Shown: positions 1-50,500 of the stretch, one piece after another | Layout: the number at the start of each line of letters is the position of its first letter | Numbering within the stretch: the stretch's first letter is position 1 | From: Epiperipatus broadwayi | Lineage: Eukaryota > Animalia > Onychophora | NCBI GenBank assembly: GCA_028023455.1 | Contig: JAQFVV010000001.1 | Span: 24,552,001-24,616,000, forward strand | Direction: 5' to 3' | DNA length: 64,000 nucleotides | The notes under the pieces: model-generated | Databases searched by the model: none | What the model saw: the letters and a program-made list of their open reading frames with translations, nothing else | Told to the model about the DNA's origin: nothing | Program-made: the position numbers and the translations under genes

Positions 1-168
1 AATACATGTTGTTTCAATCAATAAGATCTCTGCCTTGTCATCATCATTATGCATTCACACCACTAAATATAGATATGCTAAACATTATTATCCACACACC
101 TCTCTTTATCAATATACTGATATTAGAAATATTCTGGGAAAGTGCGTTAATTGATCCTCACTTATATA

Positions 169-435
169 GACGCAGTAGTTAGTAACCTGAGTAAATCCAT
201 CCCTGAAGAGAGCCTAGTGTGAATTCTCCGAGTTCAAATACTGAGGCATAATGGAGTCAGAAAGAGGGGCGAGATGCAGATGAAATAGTCCAAATTGCAT
301 CTAAATTTAATGATTAAACATTGAGCTACCCCACTGAAAGTAGATGTGATCATGGCTTAAACATTTCATCATGCCATTGCCAGCATCCTACCGGAAGACC
401 CCAGGTCTGACCGTAGTTAGATGCACCCCCTCCCT
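169..435 (+). mobile_element. tRNA-derived SINE, family A copy 1 (decayed)
   Basis: A-box-like GACGCAGTAGTTAG and B-box-like GAGTTCAAATAC; shares a body and a 42-nt GCATC...TTAGATGC motif with the copies near 32135 and 53972. Confidence 0.6.
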
Positions 436-851
436 TATGACAATGACTATCCCATTACACTATAATACAAAAAATGTTAATATTGTATTCTAATAGAAAC
501 TGAACTTTTTTTTTTTTTCAAATTTTGGATTCCTAAAAATGGGGTGCGGCTTAAATTTGAAGCAAAAATTTTTAACATCTTATTTCTGTGGATCTTGACA
601 TTACACTATACATGTATATAGTATTACAATTGTATTCCTGTGTAAAATAGCCTGGTAAATCCTTTTCAATCAATATTTTTTGGTTTAATTTTGCAAATGG
701 TTTTAACTCTCTCTCAAAGTTGCCAATTTTATTATTTTATTGAGAAAAGTTTACCAAATAACTTTTACAATATTTTTACAAATAACAAATCAATATAACA
801 ATGAGATAAGAGCCTGCCTTCCAAGGCACTGATTGGTGGTTTATTGTTCTT

Positions 852-1140
852 TAAACAAGAGTGCGCCTGTCAAAATTTTGACAATTCAATGTTTTGGTTT
901 TGATTTTTAAAGTGAAAACGAATGTTTTAAAATCTTTTAACGTTATTTTACTGATTTTGACAATTCCGATATTCTAAATGTTTCAACATTATTTTGCCAA
1001 TTTAAACAATTCCGATGTTTTCATTTTGATTTTTAAATTAAAAACATGTCTTAGAATCTTTTAATGTTATTTGGCTAATGTTGACAATTCCGATATTTTC
1101 ATTTTGAAATTCAAAATGAAAACAAATGTTTTAGAATCGT
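852..1140 (+). repeat. Degenerate tandem array (TTGACAATTCCGAT...TTTTAGAATC units) preceded by a 16-bp palindrome
   Basis: Perfect palindrome TGTCAAAATTTTGACA at 868-883, followed by about four related units. Confidence 0.6.
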
Positions 1141-3008
1141 TTTTACATATTTAAATTTTTTTTCAGAAAATATCTGTAAAAATATAAATTATTTTAGAAG
1201 AATGATTCAGATTTTAATAAAAAAATGTACTTTTATATGAAAGCAAATTGACAATAAAACTACAACTTTCGACAGCATTTTAACTATTTTACGGATGGTA
1301 GTACGACAGCCGATTTGTTGAAATTTTTTTAAGAAAATTGCGGGAAAACTATAAGCATGACATTTACAAAAATCCCGCATTCTCTGCTGTTTGAATTGCT
1401 TTTTAAAATGGCACATTGTATGTTAAAATCGGACAAATTTGGATTTTTTTATTAATAGGTTCATTGAATTTTTCATTTCTGCTCAGTTTACTAGATTGCA
1501 CGAAAAAAACAAAGGCACAAGTTGCATTTCGGCAAGACTCTGTAGTAAAATGGATTAAAGGTGTCTCGATGATTCTAGGCCTTCATCTTGATAAAAACGT
1601 ATTAGCGTAAGTATTCAATTGTAATTTTTTTTTTTTGTAATTTACATTTTTTTATTATTTGATAAATTATAATTTATTTATTAATGTGTTTGTATTAGTG
1701 TGTGAAATTATCCTTATATTTAAATATGTGATTTATGTATAATGTAATTTTGGAGCTCGTAAGTACACCTGGGTCTCGTTTTATGCGGATTATTTTAATG
1801 CGATTTTGAAGTTATGCAATTCATATTTCTTATTAATATCTTTCATATTACACTATATTTATTAGATATCAAGAAATTTAAATTATTAATAACTTATTTT
1901 GACTTGAAATATTTTTTTTTGCTTCAAAAATATAATGTTATATTAGCAGCTAATGTGTATATGGCCTGAAGCTGTATTTAGAATCTTAGCTTCTATGTAA
2001 ATAACCTACTTATACTAATGAGTGAATAATAATAATAGATTATACTTACATATAAAAATATCGCAATAAATATTCAAAAAATTTAAACTTTTAAAACGTA
2101 TTTTGTTAGATATAACAGAAATAATTTGTTAGATTGTTAAAATAAATAATGAATATTTTAGTGATTTTTTAAACTGAAAATAATCTTTCTAATGGTAATG
2201 TATAATTTTTTTGTTTTGATTGTGATCTCATTTTTTTAATATAGAAACAGAAAACCATTAACACAGCACAAGACTGAAAGTGGTGCTAGTTGTACATCAC
2301 GTCACGAAACTGATTTCTTACCAATTCACAAACGAACGCATATTGTCAAATAGTGGTAATGATTAAAATATGTATGAAAAAATGTAAAATTAAATACTGT
2401 AGTTAATAAAAAAAGTTTGTCTTGTATTAATTTTTTTCAAATATTTAAAATTTTTTATTAGTCATACTTCATTTCTTTATTTTTTTAATGCGAATTTTAA
2501 AGTAATTTTTCCTTGTTGCTTTGCTTTTATATGATTTCTGAAAATTACTGGAACATATCCCCCATCTTTCAAGGTAAGTTAAGTCTATTTTTGTGCGATT
2601 TCTTTTGTGCGCGTTTTCTGAGGAACCTATCTACCGCATAAAACGAGATCCAGGTGTATTCAATTTTAATTTTTTTTATATGCACAGTATTTTAAATTTT
2701 TCTATTATTTGCATAGTTTTATTATTTTTATAAATTATAATTTATTAATGTGTGCAGTACATAAATTACACTTGTATTCAAATATAACATAATGGTTTAT
2801 GTACAATGTAATTTTTGAGCTCTGATCCAAGTTTGAAACAATCTTATTTATAGACATGATTCTCAAAAGGTTTAATAATTTATTAGTGAGTTTATATTTG
2901 TATTAATGTGTTGCACTTGCATGTCTGTGTTTGCATAACAAGTAAGATTTATATATATGAAATTAAGGTATAAAGCGGTGTAATGTAAATTTTAAGACTG
3001 ATTATCAG

Positions 3009-3200
3009 ATGGACAGAAAGGTTCCAGTTGATAAAGCAATCACAAAATTTACTGGGCATAACCAATTAAGAGATTTCAAGTGGTGTGTGTGGTGATAGCC
3101 ACAATGGTTATGTATACCACATGAAATTGTATGCAGGCAAAGAATCAAATCCTGATTCTTGCCTATCCCTTGGTACTCATGCTGGAGTCAGTAGTTTTTC
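3009..3200 (+). mobile_element. piggyBac transposase fragment (pseudogene)
   Basis: Translates (with frameshift) VPVDKAITKFTGH...CGDSHNGYVYHMKLYAGKE, resembling the piggyBac VDE..F.GR...D...GY....+Y.GK core. Confidence 0.55.
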
Positions 3201-3437
3201 CACATCTTGCATCACATTATTTTAAAGTCTATAGCTAGTAAATGAGCTATATGCAAATAAATTATATCTCTATGGGATAATAAATAACAAGATAGCCTCA
3301 CTGGTGTGCACAAAGAATATAAATATCACTGGTGTACACAAAAAATATAAAATGAAGAGATGAAACTCATTTCATCATTGATACAGACAGTAGCCTACAA
3401 TTTAAAGCCAATTGCTATGATGACAAATGCATATCAC

Positions 3438-3530
3438 CTTCTGGAAATGATTTACTTTGTATCTTTTATTAGGATGAATCTTTTTCTGGAAATGATTTAT
3501 TTTGTATCTTTTATTAGGATGAATCATTTT
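3438..3530. repeat. 45-bp tandem duplication
   Basis: TTCTGGAAATGATTTA(C/T)TTTGTATCTTTTATTAGGATGAATC occurs twice head-to-tail. Confidence 0.85.
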
Positions 3531-4177
3531 CTTATAGATGCCTTGAGATTTGTTAATTTTTGGGGTACAAGATAAAAATAAAGAATTCTTATGTGGCTAT
3601 TTTTAGAGCTTCTGGAGCTATGGATTATCTCACATAAATATTATATATGGTTTGAATGAGAATTTTGTGAGGAATACAAAAAAATTATTAATGAAGATGT
3701 AATTTAAACTTAATTAATGATAAATTAGAAATTATGAACAAACAATAAAGTAATAATTATTTCGGATATTGAAACTTTTTTTTCCCCTTACTTTTTTAAT
3801 GGTAATCACTATTTGTCTTTGCCTTATTGTTTTCCTTAGTTTTTTTATTTTCTGTCAATATATAGCATTTTGCAGTAACATTATTAAAACTGAAATTATT
3901 GTGAAAATTGTATCTCAAGTCAGTTTTTTAAAAATTCAATATTGTGCCTAGGTCCCTGATATAGTTAAATGGCCCGAAGATGATGTACCTGATAAAATAG
4001 TGAAGAGAATTCAAGTTCTGAAAGTGAAAGAACTATATATCTGAAGAAGGTTCACAATAAATTAGTGAGTTTATTCTATTTATATTAGTTTCTTATTTAA
4101 GTACATATGCAGCGTAAATTTGGCGGTTAATTTTTTCCCCAGCTTAAAATCCTAATGCAGTTTAAATGGGGGGGGGG

Positions 4178-4203
4178 CAGCCTATATTCGAAGTAATACG
4201 GTA
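4178..4203. mobile_element. Right terminal inverted repeat of a pogo/Tc2-like DNA transposon
   Basis: GCAGCCTATATTCGAAGTAATACGG followed by TA; related motif GGGGTGCGGCTTAAATTTGAAG at ~542; matching left TIR not found. Confidence 0.45.
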
Positions 4204-4986
4204 CTATAATTTATTTATTATAGCTGAAAACTATTAAAAATTATAGAGAAAATGTTAGAGATAAAAAAAAAAGATCATTCCAGATTTAACTGCTTTCATT
4301 TGCAAAACATTTTCCTTTCTAATAGTTTATCAATATAATTCCATTTCAAGTTACTATAGCACCTTACGCATTACCTCATCAATTTTCATTATAGTGGTTG
4401 AATATTCCTTTTTTTCTAAAAAAAAATTGAATTTTTTTCTGCAGCAGATTATGATACAAAATGATCTTTTTTTGATTGTAAATCTTACTTTCAGATTAGC
4501 AGTTAATATGATCCAAATTTATATAAAAATAATTAAATTTCTACTTTATGCTGCATCAAGTATTTACTATCAGTTTATTAATATTCAAACACATATATAT
4601 AGACGGTTTAACTGAGGTCACACAAATATTATCAATACAAAAATTTTTTTTTCCCCCAATATATTTAAATAAGTACCAATTCTTTATATTTTCAAATGAT
4701 ACTGCAATTTTTTATTTATAATTATATTTGTTCATACTTGTACACATATAATACTATGCAATTTAGGATTATACTAAAATGGGAAAGACAAGATTTTGAT
4801 TCCTGGATAGTTTCTCAGCTGAGCAAAATAAAAAAAATGTTTACACATTTGAATGGAGTTTGTGCTCAACCTATGAGTTGCTCAAATGTCATGTAAACTG
4901 AGCTATGAGCCATATAATTATTTATGAAAAAACAAAATTTTCATTATCAAATATTAAAAAAAAAAACCAAATTTAAAACTAGTTTA

Positions 4987-43772
<38,786 letters not shown>

Positions 43773-44308
43773 TTTATACTTGTAAATAATACGTATTTAA
43801 AAAATGGACTAAAAACTGTTAAAGAAAAATGGCACAATAAATGCCAATAGTATAAAAAAGTACACAAATCTATTTATCTAGTAGTACAAAATGGCGCGTA
43901 AAAAGTGAGTTGGCACCGTCCAATACTTCGCACGAGTATGCGAAGGACGTATTATTTACTTTTCCAACAGGTTCCAATATTAAGAATCATTTAAAATGCG
44001 GGGGAAGGGATAAAAAAAAACAAATAAAAAAAAAAAAGAAAATAAATCAATGAAATTACAACAAAACGACTATTGCAGAATTGTGGTGCAATTTAAGACA
44101 CCAGACGCGGTGAGCACCATGTGAATACCGCTTTTACGTCATTAATTACGCAAGCAAACGTTGAATAGTTAAATTTTAGTAACATGTCTTTTAATAACAA
44201 TTAAAATTTATCTTAAAAAATACTTTCATTAAAACTATTTTGAATAATATTTTTTATTATTTATTTAATACAAACTAAATCAACTAAGATTGTACTGATT
44301 TCTGCGGA
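43773..44308. promoter_or_regulatory. Short divergent (bidirectional) promoter/5' leader region between eRF1 and PSTK
   Basis: 536 bp between two oppositely oriented ATGs; no recognisable TE; CpG-containing patches at 43890-43950 and 44085-44160; AAAATGG occurs three times near 43800-43895. Confidence 0.75.
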
Positions 44309-44578
44309 ATGGAAGCAAATGTTAAATTCGCAAAAGAAATATGTTTAGTTCTGTTTTGTGGTATTCCTGCATCTGGTAAAACAACTTTTATAAGCAAGTT
44401 AAATAATGCTATTAAAAGTGATATTGGATTGAAGAAAAATTGGGAAAGTGAATTTGTAATTATATGTTTTGACAAAATAATGCCCATAGAAGTGGAAACT
44501 CAACTTATTGCAATGAATTTTTTACTTCCGTATACAACTGATGGTTTTCGAACCAATCCTAATAGAGATATTCAATCG
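44309..44578 (+). CDS. PSTK: PSTK coding exon 1 (P-loop)
   Basis: MEANVKFAKEICLVLFCGIPASGKTTFISKL...DIQS; the GTAAGG donor at 44579 gives phase 0, matching exon 2. Confidence 0.88.
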
Positions 44579-47500
44579 GTAAGGTAAATTTGCAGTACAT
44601 ACTCCTGTTAAATAATATTCAATATATATATTAATGTAAGCGATTGTATTAGCTGTAGAATTTAAGCACTTTTCAAAAATGGGGATTCTAATTGAGGAAA
44701 TAAAAAATAATTTATAAATTTGGTGATGGCGAACTATGTAATCGTTTTACACATACAATGTTTTTATATAAGTATATATGTTTTCTATTCCGGAAACTTT
44801 TTTGTTGATAGTATCTCATTAAAGGATGAAGTCATTAGTAAAACATTAAAAGAATAACCATAAAATATTTAAATCGATTCTGAAATAAAATCAAATTTCA
44901 CAAGAATTTCAAGATATTTAAAAGATTTTTGGTATATTTTAAATTATAAGAAAGATAAGGGTGGGAAAAAACATTTGATAAAGAAAAGCATGTCTGAAGT
45001 AACCCAGTAATAAAAATACTAGAAATATTGACAAAGAACTAGTAGAATAATGCCATTTTTTAGAAACATCATTGCCAATCGCAATAAAAGTTTGTAGCTA
45101 AGTTAGTCATAATTTATAGCTAGAATTAGTTAGATTTCGTATTATTATAGTCAGAAATATATGTCTGAAAGTTTTTTTATACGCAATTACTTATTACATT
45201 AATATTAAAATATCAAAGTGTCTTAAAAAGATTACTTATAAGTGAGTTTATTAATGTTACTAAAATTTCAGCCTTGTAGATGGTTCACATATATTTGCAT
45301 ACACTTCAATTACATTAGCAGAGCATTCGTTATATGCTGTTAATTTCCCAGTAGCATTAAGAATTCATTATTGCAGCAACATATGTTATACTTCCTTAAA
45401 CCAAATTATATGTAAAAAATTGTATGCAAATGCTTTAATTGCATTTCGATTTTTAATCATTTTTTTTTTTTATTGTCCATGCTATTGAACTGTCTTTCAA
45501 TTTGTGCATTGAAATGAGAAAGTTTCAAAGTTGCTATTACACAATTTGTTTATCTTTGAAAAGCTCCAGAAGCATCTTATTTAGTATAATTCACTCCAGA
45601 TTTTGGTAGCATCTGTGGCCACAGAGTTTTTCATTTGAGTTATATTCTATAATAAACTGATGACCATTGTTTGCAAAGAAATAAATTTTTTTAAAAATTC
45701 AAAATTTTCAGGCAATCATTGATTTTACTGTTTGAAAAAGATATAATTGTAGTATTTTTAAGTGCAAAAAATATTATAAAAAAAAAAAAGATTGATAAGA
45801 ATACTCCAGAAGTTTAAAATGTTAATTAATGATAATGAAAACTTTTAGGAATATAAACGATTAGTTACGTAATTGAAAGGTTTCAACAGACTTGATGAAA
45901 AGAACAGAAATGCAAATGTTGAACGGATTAGTAAAAATAAAATCTTAACAGAAATAGATCTAGAAAGTGCAATTAAGTAAATTTTTTGCAAAGGAATTTT
46001 AAATAATGGAAATTGTGGATAAGAGAACAAGTAAACTGGATAGTAGAGTTATATGTCTTTTTGCTCTTTTCCTACTTTGTGTTGGCAAAGTGTTTTGTGC
46101 GTAACAAGTATTATCGGTAATCAGTTAACATCTGTGAAGGAATAAACCTAAATGTTTCGGAATCTGAAGGTATAAAAATCCGACTACATTTAAAGCAGAT
46201 TGTCCCGATCTTATTTTGTTTTTTGTTAGTCTAAAGGGCTCTTAGGTTTTAATTTGGGGAATTGTTGTTTATTTAGCCTAGTTGTAAAGGAGTCCATGCA
46301 TTAAATGAGACATTAATTGTCGGACTATGTTATATGTATTAATAATTGAGCTTGTATATAGTCTAGCTTTGTGTTGTATAACTTGCAATAAATCTTTTAG
46401 TCTAAATTTACTTTTAGTTATTAATTATTTTTTGTTTGCCTTATGTAACTCCTGGGTAAATACACAACAAAATGGCACAGTCAAAATCCCAACCTCCTAG
46501 ACAGGGAAAGTACAATCAGGATTAGAATTGTCAAGCAATAGTATAGATCTATAATTGTGATGGTCGGATAAAATATCAATAGGTCAAGGTAGTATTTCTG
46601 AATTTGGTGTAGATAATGCAGTGGAATGGCCATTGTAGGTGACTCAACTGGAAAATTTTTTCACACTTAATGGAAGAAGTGTTATATAATAGTAGAAAGG
46701 TAGCAGCTTGTTGTGTTTGGCAAGTAGGAAGTTAACTGAAATATCACATGATCACCATTTCCTGTGCTTGCTCATAACTGTTATTAAAATAGGCAAAACT
46801 CTCCATACAATAGTGCCAATCAGTGCAAGCCAAAGTAACTAATGGGTGCCAGAAGGCTTGTGTATAAAATTCCTATCTAGTGCCTACACAACCAATAATC
46901 TGGGGATATTGAATGAGTAGGCACTAGATAGGGATTTTATGCACAAGCCTTATAGCATCCATTGATTATTCTGGCTTGCACTGAATGGCACTACTGTATG
47001 GAGAGTTTTGGCTAATTTTAATTTAAGTTTAACTGAAAACGTTAACAAGTTACTGGACAGCCCTATAATGAAGGCAGTAAGTTACGAGGTAATAGTCCAC
47101 TCCATACGTTCTTGTCGTTGCAGCTGTTATTACTATGTAATTATTCATATAGTATACAAACATGGATGGGCTGCTCACCAACATGCATTAGCCAGCGTGG
47201 TGAGTTCATTGGTTTTTTACCTCTGAGTTTAAGAATATCTTTTCTAATAAATACAATTATGACAGACAAAAATAAATTTAAGCCAATGGACATCACATGA
47301 CTTCCATTTCTTATGCTTGTGTGTAACTGTTGTTAAAACAGGCAAAACTCACTATACGTATGCCACACACAGCCTAATAGGATATTGGTGGCTATGGTTA
47401 TTAAAGAACCAAAGACACCAAAATGTATGGGAACTGAACTGGGTTCAGACCCATATAACTATATATAAGCGGATGGGCTTGAATTGGAAACATTAAGGTG

Positions 47501-50500
47501 TTTTCAGTTTAGGACTCATAGTTTTTGTAGTTAAATGGAGATAAAAGGTGGTTGCTGGAGGGTTGCATTAGATCCTAAGATCTAGATGCAGTGCTCTCAG
47601 ATCCATGGCTCCTCACTGGCGAAGGCCACAAGCCAGAAACTAGTCTGGGGATATTGGATGAGTAGGCACTAGATGGGGATTTTATCCACAAGCCTTCTGG
47701 CATCTATTGATTACTCTAGCTTGCTGTGTGTGGCATATGTATAGTGAGTTTTGCCTGTTTTAACAAAAATAAATCATGGCCCTTATTCCCAGGCGGCTGT
47801 AAAGTCACCAACCAAGGCAGCAGTTGGTAGCCGAAGGTGGAGAGTGCTAAGAATCCCCTGACTGCGGACTCAGGCTACCATTTGATAACTTTTTATTTAG
47901 GTACTTATAACTGCAGATCACTTTTAAGTTGAAGGAAGATTGCAAGAGTTAGAAGAAGAACTGTCTTATATTAAATGGGACATTATTGGACTTTGTGAAG
48001 TTAGAAGATAAGGTGAAGAAACAATTGATTTAAAAAATGGACATATACTCTACTATAAAGGTACAAATATTGGAAATACAAGTGGAGTAGGATTCTTTAT
48101 AAATAAAAAATGAAAGAATAACATTGTGGAGATTGATGGTGTATTGGACAGAGTGGCAAGATTAGTTTTACAACTTAATAGCTGATACCAAATGCAGATA
48201 ATTCAGGTTTATGCCCCAACAAGTTCTCATAGTGATGAAGTAGTAGAAGATTTTTATATGGAAGTATAAAAGGCTTTTGATCAGAGTAAACAACATTTTA
48301 AAATTGTTATGGGAGATTTTAATGCTAGAATTGGTAAACAAATGAAAGATGAAAATGCTGTAGGTAATTTTGGTTATAGTAATAGAAATGAGAGAGGACA
48401 TAGACTTGTGGAGTTTGCAGAAAAAGAAAAACTTTATATTATGAATTCTTTTTTTGAGAAAAATGTTAAAAGGAAATGGACATGGAAGCATCCAAATGAA
48501 GGTACAGCAGAATTGGATTATATTTTGACTAACAGAAAATACATATTTCAAGATTGTAATGTTCTTAATAAATTTAACACAGGAAGTGATCATCGATTAG
48601 TAAGGTGTAAGATACATGTTAATGCAAAACTAGAGATCATTGATTACTAATATGTAAGATACATGTTAATGCAAAACTAGAGAGACAAAAATTATTAAGA
48701 AAAACAATATTTACAGTTGATATTCCTAATCTTCAGAAACATTCTAATGAATTTAAATTAGAACTTACAAATCGGTTTCAAGTATTAGTAGATTTTGAGC
48801 ATGATTCAGATTTGAATTACATTAACAGGAAAATACCTGTTACACTTTTAAAAACTGCAACAAAGATAGCTTGTAGAAAAAAGCAGCAATTGACCAATAA
48901 AATTTCTACTGAGACTAGAGAATTTATGAAGAAAAGAAGGAATATAAGGATATGCAACAATGATGCATTAAAAAAAATATTGAATATCTCGAATTTTGTA
49001 AAATGGTGCGGAAAAGAGTTGAAAATGATATAAGAAAGTATAATTGTAAACTATTAAGGAAAGCTGTAGAAGAGAATAAAAGTCTAAAGAGTGTAAAACA
49101 ACATGTTGGTATTGGTCGGAAATTTATATCTGCAATAAGAAAAAAAGATGGCATTATTACTAAAAAGAGAGATGATGAAATGTGTAGAAGATTTCTGTCA
49201 AGAATTATATAGTAATAAAGAACAAGTGCCTCCTATAGCTATTATATCTTTCGAATTGCCCACAATTTTGAATGAGGAAGTGAGACATGCGATTAAATTT
49301 ATGAAGAAAGGGAAGGCTCTGGGCAATGATGGAATGGTAATTGATATATTAAAAGAAGCAGGTGAAGAAATAGAAATTTTTTTAGCAAAGTTATATACCA
49401 AATGTCTAAATAATAAAGATGTACCAAATGATTGGAAGAATGCAGTATTAATATTAATATTTAAGAAAAGTGATAAAGAAGATATTACAAATTACAGACC
49501 TCTCAATCTTTTATCAGTTTTATACAAAATTTTTACTAAAAATAATTACAACTCGTCTACAGAAAACACTGGATTTCCATCAACCAAGAGAACAAGCTGG
49601 ATTTAAAAGTGGTTTTAATACAGTAGATCATATCCAGGTATTGAGAGAAGTTATAGAAAGAACAAATGAATATGAGTTGCCATTATGCTTAGGATTTGTA
49701 TATTATGAAAAGGCATTTGATTCTATAAACATTTCTTCAGTGATTAAAGCATTGGATCATCAAGGTGTAGACCCAGGATATTGCCATATTTTAAAGAATA
49801 TTTATAAAAATGCAACAGCAACAATTAGATTACATAATGATAGTAGGAAAATCAACATTGAAAAGGGTGTAAGACAGGGTGACTCCATATCCCCAAAACT
49901 TTTTACAGCAGTGCTGTAAGAAGTATTTTGTGGATTAAAATGGGAAACTAAAGGAGTGAAAGTAAATGGAAATTATTTAAGTCATTTAGATTTGCAGATG
50001 ATGTAGTTGTTTTTGCAAATAATGTTTTAGAGTTACAGGAAATGTTGCAGGAGGTAGGACTAAATATAAATGTTAAAAAGACTAAAGTAATGTTTAATAG
50101 ATTTTTTCAAAATATGAAAATAAAGATTGATTATGATGAGTTAGAAGAAGTTAACAGTTACAAATACCTTAGTCAGATTATTAATACAGATGGAAACATA
50201 ATGGATGAAATTAATCATAGAATTAAACTTGGTTGGAGTGCTTTTGGTAGAAATAACTTGATACTAAAAGGAAATATGCCTATGTATTTGAAAAGGAAAG
50301 GTTTTTAATAAATGTGTTTTGTCAGTTCTTACTTATGGATCTGAGACTTGGACACTTAATAGAAGAGCAATACAGAGACTTCAGACCACTCAAAGAAGTA
50401 TGGAGAGATGCATGTTGGGAGTAACAAGAAGAGATCGAAAACCCAATGTATGGGTAAGGGAACAAACAGGTGTTACTGACCTCATTGAAAAAAGTAAAAG

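Noticed and set aside
383-424. Twister ribozyme on the minus strand (stem-UAA-stem)
   Set aside because: Lacks the 3' L1 AGGG strand and the L4 CCAAG pseudoknot elements.
852-1140. CRISPR-like repeat-spacer array
   Set aside because: Eukaryotic context, degenerate contiguous units without unique spacers, and no cas genes.
44584-44589. Alternative donor GTAAAT for PSTK exon 1
   Set aside because: Gives phase 2, incompatible with the phase-0 acceptor at 55509.
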